Origin: an uncultured Methanosarcinaceae archaeon
Lineage (GTDB): Archaea; Halobacteriota; Methanosarcinia; Methanosarcinales; Methanosarcinaceae
Assembly (NCBI GenBank): GCA_963721455.1
Contig: CAVRJG010000046.1
Location: 1-64,000, forward strand
Direction: 5' to 3'
DNA: 64,000 nt
Shown piece by piece: positions 10,209 through 19,574 of this stretch. The first letter of the stretch is position 1; each line of letters begins with the position of its first letter. The notes under the pieces were generated by a model. That model was not told where the DNA came from and ran no database searches. It saw only the letters and a program-made list of their open reading frames with translations. The translations under genes and the position numbers were made by a program.

Positions 10209-10275
10209 CTAAAAATTTATTGCTTAACTAATTAAACTGTTACTAATTGAATATTAATTTGACTGTCTGAGAAAA
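10209..10275 (-). promoter_or_regulatory. Conserved pilin upstream element, copy 4
   Basis: CTAAAAATTTATTGCTTAACTAATTAAACTGTTACTAATTGAATATTAA, upstream of the pilin pseudogene. Confidence 0.65.
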
Positions 10276-10419
10276 TTATTAACTTTTAAATGGGCAGTAT
10301 ATCAAATTTTCTGTAAACTCACAAATCTCTGAAGTTTCCGGGACGTAACATGCATCACGTTCAAAGGGCAACTTCATGAATCATGACTCCTACAATTGAT
10401 GAATATTTGCAACTTTAAA

Positions 10420-11057
10420 TGGTTAAAGCAAATCAAGAAGGGATCATTGCAAAAAGAAAAGCCGGAAATGGCTTCAGCTTCATGGAAATTATAGGGAAAT
10501 GGAAAGGAAAAAATCTAATCAGCTTAAAGACTTGCAACAATGTTATCTAAAAAAATGGTCAACATTGTAAAGCTAATACCATTATTATTGGAAAACTTGA
10601 ATTAAGAACATGGCTCAATCCAAAAAACATAAAGGGATAAGGAAAAAGTTATGAATAGATCAACTCAGAATCAAGGATATTTATCCCGCTTCATCGAATT
10701 TTTGACCTATAAAGCAGAACTTATAGGTAAAAGAGTAATAAAAATTGATGAAAGCTATACTTCCAAAATGTGTTATGTTTGTGGAAAACTCCATGAAATG
10801 CCACTATGGAAGCGAAATATGGAATGTAATTGTGGGAATTATATTGATAGAGATCAAAATAGTGCAGTCAATATCATGTATAATTTCCTATCACAAAATG
10901 CTTTGTGGACGAGCTTTCAGCAGTTCGCTGAAAATCTACGACAAACAGGTTTACCGATGTCGAAAAGGTTCTCAAAATCTTTTCCTCAAATGACGTAAAT
11001 ACTCGTAGGAAGCCCCTTCCTCGCAAATCATCAGATTTGCAGGTGGGGGTAGTTCAC
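10420..11057 (+). mobile_element. tnpB: Decayed IS200/IS605 tnpB (3' part) with right end
   Basis: LTYKAE..G..V..IDESYTSK.C..CG...C.CG..IDRD.N; upstream KANTIIIG/MAQSKK pieces are frameshifted; ends GGAAGCCCC...GGGGTAGTTCAC. Confidence 0.85.
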
Positions 11058-11093
11058 TGAATGTATTGTAATAAAAAACTAATATTTATAGAA

Positions 11094-11136
11094 AGAAGCG
11101 TAAAACCCCGAAGTCTTTAGCTTAGGGGCAGTTCAC
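11094..11136 (+). mobile_element. Orphan second IS200/IS605-type right end
   Basis: CCCCGAAG-TCTTTAG-CTTAGGGG hairpin then CAGTTCAC; same AGTCTTTAGCT core as the right end at 63353. Confidence 0.65.
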
Positions 11137-11148
11137 AGCAGCCGTCTT

Positions 11149-12330
11149 TCAGCAAACAAGGGCCTTGAGCCCGGTAACTGCATTTACCAGTATATCCACT
11201 TCTTCTTTTGTATTATATAGTGCAAAAGAAGCTCTTACAGTACTGTCCACTTTCAGGAAGCGAGTAATCGGAATTGCACAGTGATGCCCGCTCCTGACAC
11301 AGATTTTTCTGGTCTGGTCAAGAATCAGGGCAACATCGTGGGCATGAAGCCCTCTTACATTAAAGGGTACTATTCCTGCCCTATCTTCAGGCCCGTAGAC
11401 TTCCACATGCTCTAGTTCGGAGAGTCTTTTTGCAGCCTCCCTGGACAACTTTATTTCATGCGTTTCGATTTCCGAAACCCCTATTTTTTCCACATATTCT
11501 ACTGCTCTTCCTAACGCTATCACTCCTGGAATATTTGGGGTGCCTGCTTCAAAACATGCCGGGGAAGGCTCCAGCACGTAAGTGTACCCCTCAACATCCG
11601 AAACCGTACCTCCTCCGACTGAGGCACTTTCGAGCATGTCTGGTTCTTTAATATAGAGTACGCCAGTGCCTTGCGGTCCGAGCAGGCCTTTATGTCCGGC
11701 AGTTGCAAAAAAATCACAGCCAAGGTCTTTGAGGTTGACTGGCATATGTCCTGAGGATTGGGCACCGTCAATCAGGATTTTTATGCCATTTCTGTGGGCA
11801 AGTTTCGTGATGCCTTTTACGTCCTGGATCGAGCCGAAGACATTTGAAACCTGAGTTATGGCAACCAGTTTGGTTTTCTCAGTGAAGGCATTCTCTATCA
11901 AAGAGGTGTCGATTCTGCCCTCACTGTCCGGGTTTACAACCGTGACATTTACCCCACTTTTATGCAGGCGCAGCCAGGGCAGGAGATTTGAATGGTGTTC
12001 GAGCAGAGTTGTAACAATATGGTCTCCAGCCTCCCAGGGATAACTGTTTGCAATAAGGTTGATTCCTTCAGTGGTATTTTTCGTAAAAACGGTTTTTGAA
12101 GGCTTGGCGTTTAGAAAACGGGCAACAGTTTCCCTCGCATCTTCATAGTGGTTTGTGGTCTCTCTGGCCAGACGATGTGCTCCTCTCCCATGATTGCCAG
12201 CATACCTGTAAAAATAATCGACCATTGCTTCAACTGCAGGTATCGGGGTCTGAGTAGTCGCTGTGCTGTCAAGGTACACAACTTCTTTTAAAACAGGGAA
12301 ATCTTCGCGGACCGCATATACATCGTACAT
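11149..12330 (-). CDS. sufS: Cysteine desulfurase, SufS-type class V aminotransferase
   Basis: YLDS.AT, EHHSN, DGAQ, GHK..GPQG PLP-lysine motif, RSGHHCA group II catalytic Cys. Confidence 0.92.
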   Translation of the reverse strand: MYDVYAVREDFPVLKEVVYLDSTATTQTPIPAVEAMVDYFYRYAGNHGRGAHRLARETTNHYEDARETVARFLNAKPSKTVFTKNTTEGINLIANSYPWEAGDHIVTTLLEHHSNLLPWLRLHKSGVNVTVVNPDSEGRIDTSLIENAFTEKTKLVAITQVSNVFGSIQDVKGITKLAHRNGIKILIDGAQSSGHMPVNLKDLGCDFFATAGHKGLLGPQGTGVLYIKEPDMLESASVGGGTVSDVEGYTYVLEPSPACFEAGTPNIPGVIALGRAVEYVEKIGVSEIETHEIKLSREAAKRLSELEHVEVYGPEDRAGIVPFNVRGLHAHDVALILDQTRKICVRSGHHCAIPITRFLKVDSTVRASFALYNTKEEVDILVNAVTGLKALVC

Positions 12331-12372
12331 GCTTCTTTTTTAGGAACGAGAAATAAAAAAAGGTTGTGCAGG

Positions 12373-12534
12373 TTATTTACCCTGCATCCCGCCTATCATA
12401 AAGCGGTAAAGGTCTAATTCATCTGAGTCCAGGCTGTCAGTACAGCCTTTTACAACGGCGTGATAACCGTCTTCGTGGTGCTTATATCCATATTCGTTTC
12501 TTTTTTTTCTGTATTCCTGCTTTAATTCACTCAT
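12373..12534 (-). CDS. Small 53-aa protein (below the ORF-track cutoff)
   Basis: GGAGG RBS upstream of ATG; MSELKQEYRKKRNEYGYKHHEDGYHAVVKGCTDSLDSDELDLYRFMIGGMQGK*. Confidence 0.6.
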   Translation of the reverse strand: MSELKQEYRKKRNEYGYKHHEDGYHAVVKGCTDSLDSDELDLYRFMIGGMQGK

Positions 12535-12830
12535 AGTTTTCCTCCTGTCTCTTCAATTCTTGCGCTTACATGCGGGTCAGAATCAGTCCTTCTGGATACG
12601 AAAGCCCTGCAATCCGGGTTAAAGTTCCCTGCCTTTTCGGATACGGCCATTGAATGCAGGTTAGAATTCTCAATCCCTCCAGAATTTCTACAATCAAAGT
12701 CAGACTCTAAATCCTTCGGGATATGAATTCCTGCTTTAAGGTTAGAGCTTCCAATCCTTCTGGATGAAACCCTAAAAGCAGGCCAGAATTCTACGTCCTT
12801 CGGGCTAAAAACCCCATAACAGCGCAACAA
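12531..12830 (-). CDS. Hypothetical protein or long leader
   Basis: 99-aa TTG ORF whose stop overlaps the small-ORF ATG (ATGA); no recognisable motif. Confidence 0.3.
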   Translation of the reverse strand: MLRCYGVFSPKDVEFWPAFRVSSRRIGSSNLKAGIHIPKDLESDFDCRNSGGIENSNLHSMAVSEKAGNFNPDCRAFVSRRTDSDPHVSARIEETGGKL

Positions 12831-12914
12831 GCGTTGTTCTTACCCACAACAAGTATTAATTGTCATTTGTAATATATATTGGTTCCGGAATTTCTTTTAA
12901 GTTAACTTGAAATT

Positions 12915-12958
12915 TTTTGAAGTAACCCAAATCTTTTGAAGTAACCCAAATCTTTTGA
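12915..12958. repeat. 19-bp tandem duplication
   Basis: TTTTGAAGTAACCCAAATC x2. Confidence 0.8.
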
Positions 12959-13012
12959 GCGAATGATGGAATAGCCCCCAGGGCTTTAATTTCTGGAAAT
13001 TATGCCAGAAGT

Positions 13013-13561
13013 TTACTTTCTAGCTTCCAGGTTTGCCATGAGTCCTGAAAGATGGGCCGGAATCGCCCCTATAGCAGTGCAGGTCTCAAGAGAAAGCCCT
13101 TTGCAGGTAATGTCAAGATGATATTTTCCTCTCTCAAAGAGTTCTTTGGGAAGCCCTTTGTGCCCGAGCCCTACAAGGAACAGAAATGAGCGATTGCGAA
13201 GAGCTTCCTCGGCAATTTTTACAGGTAGAACCTGTCTTTTTGGGTCGGGTTTTGAGGTCGTAATTACAATTTCCCCAAACTGGGACGGAAACCCTTTCTT
13301 TGGGAGGTCGGATACCGACAGATGGTTTTTTTCGTAAAGAATTTTGAGGTAACTTCCCGATTCCCCGATAGTGGTTTTTTCCATCACGAAAGCCACCAGT
13401 TCTTCCGCAGTCATTTTAAAAGGAAAGTCGTAAAGGGCAAGGTGGAACCCAAAAGCATGGCAGATCGGAGCAGCTCTCGCAATTGCCCGGTAATGCGCAT
13501 CTAGAACTTTGATCTTATCGTAGGTATTTACGATCCCAAGGGTGAGCATAAGGTGCTTCAT
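13013..13561 (-). CDS. DUF531 family protein (SPOUT-like fold)
   Basis: LGIVNTYD..HYRAIARAAPIC; C-terminal GLG..GLP...DIT..G.SLETCTAIG. Confidence 0.75.
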   Translation of the reverse strand: MKHLMLTLGIVNTYDKIKVLDAHYRAIARAAPICHAFGFHLALYDFPFKMTAEELVAFVMEKTTIGESGSYLKILYEKNHLSVSDLPKKGFPSQFGEIVITTSKPDPKRQVLPVKIAEEALRNRSFLFLVGLGHKGLPKELFERGKYHLDITCKGLSLETCTAIGAIPAHLSGLMANLEARK

Positions 13562-13641
13562 TATTCTTTTTCGTAAAATAATGTTTCGTCAACCTTTAAG
13601 GGTCTGTTTAAAGCTTTTTTGAAACTTTTTTATATCTTATG

Positions 13642-13740
13642 GTGCCGTCAAAATTCAGATTTGTTTTTAACATCTGCTGGTCCAGCAACGAAGGGAAGAT
13701 TAAACCGAAGCTACCTGGAAATTTCAGGATTTGTCGGCAC
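13642..13740. mobile_element. ~100-bp MITE-like element
   Basis: Terminal inverted repeats GTGCCGTCAAA / TTTGTCGGCAC. Confidence 0.5.
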
Positions 13741-13952
13741 AATAAAAGTAAGAGGGGACTTTGATCATCTCAAATTCTCTTAAAATAAGTTAAGAAATTG
13801 GATTGTGAGAGTAAGTTACTGAAAATCGTAAAAAAAGGTAATTCCCAAATCTGACCAAAAAAGGCGAAAGTACTCTTTTTGCCAGACTTGATCGATGACC
13901 CTCACTATCCTTTAGCCTTGACCTTTTTATTGGTTTTTCATTAAGCTATTCA

Positions 13953-15341
13953 TTACTTTTTGGAGACTTTAATATATCTCGACTTTGCGGTTGAATTACT
14001 TCCAGCAGCATTCTTTACTGTTAAGCTAACAGTGTATTTTCCTGCGGCAGTGTATTTATGTACAGGTTTCTTGGCTGTGGAATACGTTTTATCTCCAAAA
14101 CTCCATTTCCATGAAGTAGGTGTTCCTGTGCTTTTGTCGGTAAATGTTACTTTCAGTGGGGCTTTTCCAGAGGTTGGAGATGCAGAGAATGCAGCAACCG
14201 GAGGGGTTGAAAGAGTGCCCATGTAGATATCAGCGTTTCCATTGCGATCATCTGACCACACTATCTTGTCATCATAGATACTTGGATAGTACTGACCGGA
14301 TCCATCGGTAGTGTGACTCTCCTGGCGAGTGGCGAGATCGTACACATAGATATCCCGCCGGTTTCCATTGCGATCGTCCCACCACGCTATCCTGTCACCA
14401 TAGATTACAGGGTCATATGAAGCTGATGGATTGGCGGTTATCTGAGTTTCCCTGGAAGTGGAAAGGTCGTACATGTAGATATCAGCGTTTCCATTGCGGT
14501 CATCTGTCCATACTATCCTGTTACCGTAGATATCAGGGCAGTATGCTGATCCGCTTGTGGTTATCCGAGTTTCCCTGGAAGTGGAGAGATCATACATGTA
14601 GATCTCCCCATTGCTATAATCCATCCACACAATCCTGTCCCCGTAGATTGCAGGATATTCATGATTTGCTCTATCGGTGGTTATCCTTTTTTCTTTGGAA
14701 GTGGAGAGATCGTACATGTAGATATCGAAGTTTCCATTGCGATCATCCTGCCACACAATCTTGTCCCCATAGATTGCAGGAGAGATCTGCCATGCTCCAT
14801 CGGTGGTTATCCGAGTTTGCTTTTTAGTGGCGAGATTTTGCATGTAGATATCCCAGTTTCCATTGCGATTATCCATCCACACTACCCTGTCCCCGTAGAT
14901 ATCAGGGTCCCACTGAATTGATGTGTTAGTAGTGTGAATTTGTTTTTTAGTGGAGAGGTCATAGATGTAGATATCCCAGTTTCCATTGCGATCATCTGTC
15001 CACACGATCTTGTTACCGTGGATAACAGGCGAGTACTGATCTGATTTATCTGTGGTGATCCGAGTTTCAGTGATCTTGGGCGCGGCACTCGCAGTAGATG
15101 CCGCTGTTGCGGCACTTTTTAAAGTAAAATCCCCCTCGGACAGAACCGGGTCAGCGGAGGAATACCCTGCTCCACTGGTGATACTCGGTGGAGCGGGAGT
15201 GTTCAGCGGATTTTGTTCGGGAGATGCCGAAGCCGTAGCCGAAGCGATAATTAAAAATAAAATCATAAATGTTGAAGCGAAAGCTATTGAATGCGCTTTT
15301 TCTTTATATTTCATTTCTCCGTCCTCTTTCATCGTTTTCAT
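13953..15341 (-). CDS. Secreted Methanosarcina-type beta-propeller repeat protein with C-terminal PKD
   Basis: Signal peptide; seven P.IYG..IVW.D.RNGN.DIY repeats; PKD PVAAFSAS...SW.WSFGD. Confidence 0.92.
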   Translation of the reverse strand: MKTMKEDGEMKYKEKAHSIAFASTFMILFLIIASATASASPEQNPLNTPAPPSITSGAGYSSADPVLSEGDFTLKSAATAASTASAAPKITETRITTDKSDQYSPVIHGNKIVWTDDRNGNWDIYIYDLSTKKQIHTTNTSIQWDPDIYGDRVVWMDNRNGNWDIYMQNLATKKQTRITTDGAWQISPAIYGDKIVWQDDRNGNFDIYMYDLSTSKEKRITTDRANHEYPAIYGDRIVWMDYSNGEIYMYDLSTSRETRITTSGSAYCPDIYGNRIVWTDDRNGNADIYMYDLSTSRETQITANPSASYDPVIYGDRIAWWDDRNGNRRDIYVYDLATRQESHTTDGSGQYYPSIYDDKIVWSDDRNGNADIYMGTLSTPPVAAFSASPTSGKAPLKVTFTDKSTGTPTSWKWSFGDKTYSTAKKPVHKYTAAGKYTVSLTVKNAAGSNSTAKSRYIKVSKK

Positions 15342-15760
15342 TTATTTTAGTGCTTATTATTCTCCGGGGTTGTCAAAATCTAGCATTGATTCTGCTTGCA
15401 ATTGGCCACCATCGCTAGACAACCTGGAAAATGTTGAAAACTTCCTTCAGTTAAGATCCCAACTATTTGCAATGGTTGCTAAATTAATGAAAGATACATC
15501 CTTACATAAAAACATTTGAAACTTTTTTATACAAGAATGTGTCGGCACAAAAAAAGTAAGAGGAGGACTTTGAAAATCTCAAATTAGCTTAAAACAAGTT
15601 AAGAAATTGGATTGTGAGAGTCAGTTACTGAAAATCGTAAAAAAGTAATTCTCAAATCTGACCAAAAAAGCGAAAGTACTCTTTTAGTCAAATTTGATTG
15701 ATGACCCTCACTATCCTTTAGCATTTGCCTTTTTTATTTGTATTTCATTTCATGTGTTCA

Positions 15761-17258
15761 TTACTTTTTGGACACTTTAATATATTCCGACATGGTTTTA
15801 GTGTTACTTCCAGCCGCATTCTTTACTGTTAATCTCACAGTGTATTTTCCAGCTTTACTGTACTTATGGGAAGGATTTTTGGCTGTTGAATATGATGTCT
15901 TGTCTCCGAAATTCCATTTCCATGAAGTTGGTGTTCCTGTACTTTTGTCAGTAAACTGCACTTTCAGTGGAGCTTTCCCAGAGGTTGGAGAGGCAGAGAA
16001 TGCAGCAACCGGAGAGGTTGAAAGAGTACCCATGTAAATATCAGGATTTCCATTGCGGGAATCTGTCCACACTATGTTGTTACCATAGATAGCAGGAGAG
16101 TACTGAGCTGATCCATCGGTAGTGTGACTTTCCTGGCGAGTGGCGAGATCGTACACATAGATATCCCAGTTTCCATTACGATCATCTGACCACGCGATCC
16201 TGTCACCATAGATTGCAGGGTCATATGAAGCTGATGGATTTGTGGTTATCTGAGTTTCCTTGGAAGTGGAAAGGTCGTACATGTAGATATCCCAGTTTCC
16301 ATTGCGATCATCCATCCACACTATCCTGTCACCGTAGATAGCAGGAGAGGTTTGATATGATTCATTGGTGGTGATCCGAGTTTCCCTGGAAGTGGAAAGG
16401 TTGTACATGTAGATATCATTATCAGTCCCATCTCCATCTCTATTGCAATCTGTCCACACTATCTTGTTACCATAGATATCAGGATCGAATTGATCTGATC
16501 CTCTTCCGTCGGTAATAATTTCTTCCTTTTTGAGTGGAAATGTCGTACATGTAAATATCGTACTCCTCGGAGATTTCACCGAACTCATTGGATTCTTGAC
16601 CGTACCAGACAATCTTGTCACCGGAGATTGCAGGGTTGTATGCTGGTCCGTTGGTAGTGATCCGAGTTTGCTTTTTAGTAGAGAGATCTTCCAGGTAGAT
16701 ATCATTATTAGTCCAATCTCCATTTCCATCGCGCCAATCTTCCCACACTACCCTGTTACCGTCTATATCAGGGCTGGACTGATATGATGTGTTAGTAGTA
16801 TGAATTTGCTTTTTAGTGGAGAGGTCATAGATGTAGATATCCCGGTTTCCATTGCGATCATCTTCCCACGCGATCTTGTTACCGTGGATAACAGGCGAGT
16901 ACTGACCTGATGTATTGGTGGTGATCCGAGTTTCAGTGATCTTGGGCGCGGCACTTTGTATTGATTTCGTGGCTGTCCTATTCCCTTCTGTAGATAACTC
17001 CTCGGACAGAACCTGGTCATCGGAGGAATCCCCTGTTCCACTGCTGAATGTCGTGGCTGTCCCATTTCCTTCTGTAGATAACTCATCGGACAGAATCTGG
17101 TCATCGGAGGAATCCCCTGCTCCACTGCTGATCTCCGGTATGGTGAAGTTGTGAGACCCATTTCCAAGGGGTACCGCTGCAGCAGATGAAACAAAAATTA
17201 AAAATATAATAAATGTTGAAGCTAAAGCTATTGAATACGCTTTTTCTTTATATTTCAT
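15761..17258 (-). pseudogene. Tandem paralogue of the beta-propeller/PKD gene, +1 frameshift near 16530
   Basis: ORFs 16479..17258 and 15761..16729 join at DISTQK/EEIITD across an A5 run; also a 78-bp internal duplication (SSG.GDSSDDQ.LS.ELSTEGN x2). Confidence 0.85.
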
Positions 17259-17526
17259 TTCTCCTTCCCCTTCTATCTTTTCTATTTCTTTTAGTATCTA
17301 TTATTCCTCATGGTTGTCAAAACCTATCATTGATTTTGCTTACATTGGTCACCATCGCCAGACAACCTGGAGAACGTTGAAAACTTCCTTCCGTTAAATC
17401 CCAACTATTTTCGATGGTTGATCGATGAATGGCATGTCCTTGTATATAATACCTTTGAAACTTTTTTATACTCTCTGAGATTGTATAAATCTTGCATTGA
17501 TTCCGATAACATTTGACCTAATCAAT

Positions 17527-17844
17527 GAGCTGATCCCAAAACTCAAAATTGTTTCTCTAGATCTCATTGGCATGAAAGTGCTTTCAAGTACTTTCATTTA
17601 TTTGTGCCTGTTATTCGAAGAATTTCATGTTCGTTTTGTAAGTAACTAATCGAGCTTCTGGATTTTGGATTCCAATCGCTAATTTCACACCCGATTGAAT
17701 TCCAAACATTACAACTTATAAACATTCATATAATTTGTATGACCAAAGTATCTAACAATTAACACTTTAATCAACTTTATGAAAATTAGTGATTGAAATT
17801 AAACAGCGTGCGAATTTTTGGCAGTCAAGTTTTGGGATGAGCTC
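17527..17844. mobile_element. MITE (~320 bp)
   Basis: TIR GAGCTGATCCCAAAACT / AGTTTTGGGATGAGCTC (1 mismatch); AAT on both flanks. Confidence 0.75.
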
Positions 17845-17960
17845 AATAAAAAATTCAGAACAGGAAAAAAGTCTCTTATTTTCTCGATTTTTCGAACTAT
17901 AGGACCCGGATCTTTGATCTGGATATTCTGGTATGGAGGGTTAATCGTTGAGTCGAAGGC

Positions 17961-18404
17961 TTACCCGTTGTAAGAATACTTCATCGCATACTGCGTACAC
18001 TTCTTAAAATGCTCACAATTTTTGCAATCTTCCCAGAGCAATAACTTTTCAGAATCCTCTATTTTTATAAAATTTAGTTTTTCAAAAAATACAGGGGCAG
18101 TTGTCCTGACATACAAGTCGCAGCCTGGGTCCCCAATAGTTGTCAGAAGATACTTAATAAGCCTGGTTCCAATCCCTTTTCCCCTGAAGTTCGGATGGAC
18201 TGCAATAGAATGAATCTCCAGGAAATCTTTTCCCTGGGATTCGGACTTTATAAGGGCAGCACATCCTATAATTTTTCCATCGATTTCAGCCAGCACGAAA
18301 TCTTCCGGTTCAAGTCCTTCCATGTCAAGAAAATAAGTGGATAGGAGCCTCTGGATTGCCGGCAGGTCTGATTTTCTGGCTTTTCGGATAAGGATTTCTG
18401 TCAT
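17961..18404 (-). CDS. GNAT N-acetyltransferase (ArgA-like)
   Basis: V.P.FRGKGIG acetyl-CoA motif; C-terminal W.DC..C..F..C. Confidence 0.85.
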   Translation of the reverse strand: MTEILIRKARKSDLPAIQRLLSTYFLDMEGLEPEDFVLAEIDGKIIGCAALIKSESQGKDFLEIHSIAVHPNFRGKGIGTRLIKYLLTTIGDPGCDLYVRTTAPVFFEKLNFIKIEDSEKLLLWEDCKNCEHFKKCTQYAMKYSYNG

Positions 18405-18434
18405 ATCTTTCCGTAATTAGTTTTTTCTGGCTCA

Positions 18435-19253
18435 TTAGACTTTCTTCTGGGTATGAGGTTCGTCCATGCTCCCACTCCGAAAGCCCTCAAGGTCAAGTGT
18501 TACGTAAGCAAAGCCCAGGGCTTTCAGATGTCTGGAGATTTTCTCTCTTTTTCGGAAAGCGTCCTCTAACTCTTCGCGAATTACCTCTATTCTGGCAAGA
18601 TTCTCATGCATCCTTACCCTGAACTGGGTAAAACCCAGGGAAAAGAGATATTCTTCGGCTTTTTCTATTTTCTGGAGGGCTTCGGCAGTTATGGGCTGCC
18701 CGTAAGGAATACGTGTGGCAAGGCACGCCGCAGATGGCATGTGGGCCGCTGAAAGGGAAAGACCCGAAGCGATTTCCCTGATTTCCTCTTTTGTCACATT
18801 CAATTCCACGAAAGGAGAAAAAACCTTTTCACCGGCTTCCTGTACTGCCCGATATCCAGGACGGTTTTCTCCCTTTATTTCAGAGGAGTTTGTGCCCTCA
18901 AGTACGACACTATATCCCATTTTCTCTGCAAAATCCAACAGGGTTTTAAGCAAGGCTTTTTTACAGAAATAGCACCGGTTTATTGGATTTGCGGAAAAAT
19001 AAGGAAGGCTCATCTGGGAAAACGGGAGGACTTTGTGCTGAATTCCTATTTCACAGGCTGTCCGGACAGCTGTTTCCAGTTGCTGCCTTGGAAAAAGCGG
19101 TGAGTCTATGGTTACGGCAAGGGCTTTTTCCCCAAGTGCCTCAAAGGCAAGGGCTGCAAGAGTCGCACTGTCCACCCCTCCTGAAAACGCGATAACTGCA
19201 CTTTCTCTGGCTTTTATAGCCTCCTTTATCGTTTCGATCTTTTCAACGGCCAT
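18435..19253 (-). CDS. larE: LarE-like ATP-dependent sulfur transferase (PP-loop)
   Basis: AFSGGVDS, RCY.CK, RPG, PS.ACLATRIPYG, D..GFRSGSM; probable start ATG at 19253. Confidence 0.88.
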   Translation of the reverse strand: MAVEKIETIKEAIKARESAVIAFSGGVDSATLAALAFEALGEKALAVTIDSPLFPRQQLETAVRTACEIGIQHKVLPFSQMSLPYFSANPINRCYFCKKALLKTLLDFAEKMGYSVVLEGTNSSEIKGENRPGYRAVQEAGEKVFSPFVELNVTKEEIREIASGLSLSAAHMPSAACLATRIPYGQPITAEALQKIEKAEEYLFSLGFTQFRVRMHENLARIEVIREELEDAFRKREKISRHLKALGFAYVTLDLEGFRSGSMDEPHTQKKV

Positions 19254-19452
19254 CAATAACGGATTTTCAGCTAATAAGATATATGTATTTGCCAGTAATA
19301 TAGGCAGGCAGTTTAAAGCAGCCGAAAAAGGGAATTTATGGATGTACTTAATGGTCACTATTTCTGAATTTGAGTCCTCTCTCTAAATAGCATCATTTTA
19401 ATAATCGTCTTTATGTTTTTATTCCCGGAACTCTGTTTCGTATCAGAGCTTT

Positions 19453-19508
19453 ATTTACCATGATAACTCTATTAAAGAGTAATTTACCATGATAACTCTA
19501 TTAAAGAG
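19453..19508. repeat. 29-bp-period tandem duplication in the divergent promoter region
   Basis: ATTTACCATGATAACTCTATTAAAGAG x2. Confidence 0.85.
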
Positions 19509-19574
19509 CAAATAAAGAGCAAATTTGCCTGAATGGCATAGTTTTCACTTAAATAATACAGACGGAGACCTTAC

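Noticed and set aside
10420-10998. Domesticated nuclease-dead TnpB regulator
   Set aside because: Multiple frameshifts and a missing N-terminus indicate simple decay
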